From Phaeosaccion multiseriatum (lineage: Eukaryota; Protista; Ochrophyta, other classes): 64,000 bases of DNA. The DNA lies in NCBI GenBank assembly GCA_965112735.1, contig OZ218952.1, positions 2,170,001-2,234,000 of the forward strand, in the 5' to 3' direction. The notes under the pieces were generated by a model, which did no database searches, was not told where the DNA came from, and saw only the letters and a list, made by a program, of their open reading frames with translations. Made by a program: the position numbers and the translations under genes. Shown here piece after piece: positions 60,952 to 64,000 of this stretch (positions within the stretch are counted from its first letter, which is position 1; the number at the start of each line of letters is the position of its first letter).

Positions 60952-62299
60952 ATGGCGGCGAACAGAAGGTATAGTTGGGTTAAACGGTTAGAGAGAGACG
61001 GGACTTGCGTCCCAGGCCTGGAAATCACCTCTCTTCCCTGTCGCCCCCTTCTGTCCTTCCACAGGTGCATCTGCTGTCTCGAAAGGAGCTGCATCTCTTT
61101 ATTCACTCAGTGTGCTGCCAGGGTGACGCAGGCGCGGCTCCAACCCCGGACGAGGTCCTACTTTACTTTCAGGGATGGGTCGACCCAGGTGATCTGAGCA
61201 ATGTCCAGTCCCGCTGTTCAATTATCATCTCCTCACCTTGCTTTTACTTCGTCGTGCTTCGACAGGTGTGTTGCACATGGTTGTGTCTGACCACAGCGAG
61301 AGAAGGGGTAGGACCGGCAGCATGGAAGGAGCTGTGCGTGCTCTGGCAATGTCTCTACTCATCGACACGGAGACTCTGACAGTGGCCAAGATAGAGGCCG
61401 AGGCAGCACGGGAGGAAGAGGAACAAGAGGAGAAGAGGCGGAAGGAGCGGGAGAAGGAGGAGAAGCAGCGAGAACAAGCCCAGCAAGCCAAAAGAAGTGC
61501 GGCTTTCGCATCTGAAGACGAAGTCACGAGGCTTGCTAGAACAGTGAAAAGCATCGAGGCTCTTGATGCCTCGTATGAGCGGCAACAGGGGGGGGCGAGA
61601 ATAGACAAGACTGAGGCTGCAAAGATGAAGACCACAGGAGACATTGTACAGGGAGGAGGACAAGAGGAGGAAGAGCGGGGGGGCAGCACCCCAACTGCAC
61701 CAGCACCACCGGTAGTGCCAGCAACACTAGCACCAACCGCAGTACCACCACCAGCAGTAGAAACCATCGCAGGGAAAGGCGGCGACGAGGCCAAAGCGGT
61801 GGCCGTGAATTCCTTTATTGAAAAGTATGCCAAGGAGAAGGAAAGCGCCGACAACGATGGCGGGGGGCAGCAAGCAGTGGTCATGGAGACCTTCACGCCC
61901 GCCGAGCGCCTTCCTAAGGGTGTCAAGCCCCCTCCTACGGTGCAGCTGCACAAGGTGATGCTGATGACTGCCTCCAGGGCTGTGGAGTCAAGTAGCTTTG
62001 AGCTGTTTATGAAGCAGAAACACAGCTCCGCGGACTCCGTGTTCCGCTTTCTCCTCACCTCGCACGAGCTGCACCCCTATTACCTCTACCTCAAGCAGCA
62101 GGAGGCCGCCAGGATGTATGAGGTGGGGGAGGAGCAGCAGCAGCAGCAGCAGCAGGGGCAGCCCGCTGGGGCAGGAGGGGGGGATGGCTCTCCTTCTCCT
62201 CCTTCCTCTGCTCCACCACCCCCGCCTCCTTTGTCGAACCCCAACACCGTAGACTTGAGTGTAGTCATGGGGCTCATGGGCGTCAACAAAACTACTTGA
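60952..62299 (+). CDS. SURP/SWAP-domain protein
   Basis: The last exon (~61266-62299) encodes PPPTVQLHKVMLMTASRAVESSSFELFMKQKH...FRFLLTSHELHPYYLYLK, matching the SURP pattern FxFLxxxHxxHxYY. Upstream exons (~60952-60968, 61065-61188) are tentative. Confidence 0.7.
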
Positions 62300-63175
62300 T
62301 TCGAAAGAACAGACTCTACTCTGTTCTTTCTCCAAGTACCCTTGGTGCCAAAGTCTCCACTTGCTGATGTATCTACTACCACTTACTGATTTATGCAGAA
62401 GAATACATGTACATACAATGTATGTACCACACTTCAACATTCATCGTATGTATATATGTATATGTGTGTGTATGTGTGTGTGTGCAGTGAGTGCGGTGCT
62501 CTCATTGATCGCGATTAATATTGGGTCGAAGGGCACAACTTCGCAGACACTAGCGGCCTGTGTTTCTTGCGCATCAAGGGTACGGCATTGTGAAGAAACA
62601 AGACGGCCTCTCTCTGCGGTAGTCCTGGAAATGACCCTGGCCCAGTCACTTCCTCTTTTCACCAGCTCTGAGCAGCAAGGGCGAAGAACACGTGGCTGAT
62701 GGTGTTCTTTCGCTGACGTACTTGCTTCCTTGCGGCTTCACAAAGCAGGTTGATGCACACTTCGGCGTGGCCCTTGGGCCAAGTCAACAAGATGATGAAA
62801 ACAAGCCCTTCCCAAGCTCGTAGTAAGAAGAAGAGACCGAACTAAAAGGAGGGGGGAGTTGGCTGGGCAATCCGATTCTCAGACGGGAGAAGAAGCAAGA
62901 GTAGTCCGCCGCTCCACCCACTACGTACCCAGTGAAGCAACAAACGAAGATGTGTAGGACCAGGCAGCCGGTCCAAGTATCCAACGCGCTGCTGGGCTGA
63001 AGTGGACACTCCCTCATAGGGCTTGGTTGGTTGTCGAGCCGCCATGTGTGTGACAGGGCCTCCATCTATTCAGAGAGCTCAAGCGCCGCCGCCGTCTGTC
63101 GCCCCATGTCTCGGCCTGTCTCTTCATCTCCACCTCTCTCTCCCTCCACACTCTCTCTCTCCGCACATGGCGAGA

Positions 63176-63355
63176 GGTCTCACAACTGGTTGTGGTCTCA
63201 CAACTGGTTGTGGTCTCACAGCTGGTTGTGGTCTCACAGCTGGTTGTGGTCTCACAGCTGGTTGTGGTCTCACAGCTGGTTGTGGTCTCACAGCTGGTTG
63301 TGGTCTCACAACTGGTTGTGGTCTCACGACTGGTTGTGGTCTCACAACTGGTTGT
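63176..63355. repeat. 18-nt minisatellite (GGTCTCACARCTGGTTGT) x10
   Basis: Ten near-identical units are directly visible. Confidence 0.95.
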
Positions 63356-64000
63356 GGGGCTGACAGTGTGGGGGTCGGCTCCTCCCCTCATCAGCTCTGA
63401 ACAGGGGCCTTGGCCCTTCTGACGGTTGGGGGGAGGGGGGAGAGGGATGAGGAGGGGGGAAGGGGTGTGTGGTGTGTGTGTGGTACTCGGCACGTATTGC
63501 ATGCCTGAGCTCCTTTCCCCGTGGCACTGGTGCCGACCACCCTGGAGGCACAGCAGCCTGGCTGCGACAGACCGACAGACCGACCGACAGACCGATCGAC
63601 AGACCGATCGAGAGAGAGCCAAGTGCCGGACTCGTTTGCTCGTGGCTGGACTCCTCCCCCCTCCCCTCCTGCCTCCGACAATCGCGAATCAGGTAAGCGG
63701 CGAACAGCCACCCATCCATCAACCCCTCATCCATCCATCGATCCTTCTGTAGGACAGGCCAGTGCAGGCGAGCATCCATGGACTCAAAAGATCTGCGAGG
63801 AACGCCGCCGCTGACTCATGGACGCTTGCATCGCAAGGCTGGGGGGTGCGGCATACCAGCACGCACACGCACGCACACACGCGCAAACACGGTAGACACC
63901 GAAGAGAGGAGCAGGGAACGGAGGAGCGTAAGGAAGAGAAAGAGGAGCCCGACCAGCAGTAGTACTAGCAATGGCAGCAGCAGTGGCAGCAGCAGGAGGG

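Noticed and set aside
63176-63355. CRISPR-like array
   Set aside because: The units are contiguous 18-mers with no unique spacers, there are no cas genes, and the context is eukaryotic.
1-64000. tRNA/rRNA genes or intact transposons
   Set aside because: No cloverleaf, rRNA-like sequence, transposase, RT/integrase motifs or LTR pairs were recognised by eye.

Overview
Eukaryotic, GC-rich, intron-dense genomic DNA. It is most likely from a flagellated alga with a complex red plastid (heterokont/ochrophyte-type): it has an ASAFAP-like bipartite plastid presequence and CFAP58. Introns are packed with microsatellites, which generate most of the spurious ORFs in the track. Spliced genes reconstructed by eye: PKA catalytic subunit (-), a ~3190-aa double SF1 helicase (-), CFAP58 (-), a plastid-targeted tRNA-binding OB-fold protein (+), CWC25 (+), an MFS sugar transporter (+), an ABC1 atypical kinase (-), a UBA2-like two-RRM protein (+), GET3/ASNA1 (-), a low-complexity unknown protein (+), glucosidase II beta (-) and a SURP-domain protein (+). 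A frameshifted Pro/Thr- and Cys-rich pseudogene is also present. The most notable observations are: (1) the giant intron-poor gene combining an Upf1/Sen1-like helicase, a putative RelE/ParE-like nuclease domain, a UvrD/TRANK1-like helicase, TPR-like helices and an expanding 60-aa Leu/Pro repeat array, a candidate nucleic-acid-sensing immune protein; (2) two long, G-U-biased intergenic hairpins at 28.65-29.17 kb, a candidate miRNA/hpRNA locus; (3) a 5-nt micro-exon that supplies part of the ABC1 kinase catalytic loop. All calls come from reading the sequence; no database searches were run.
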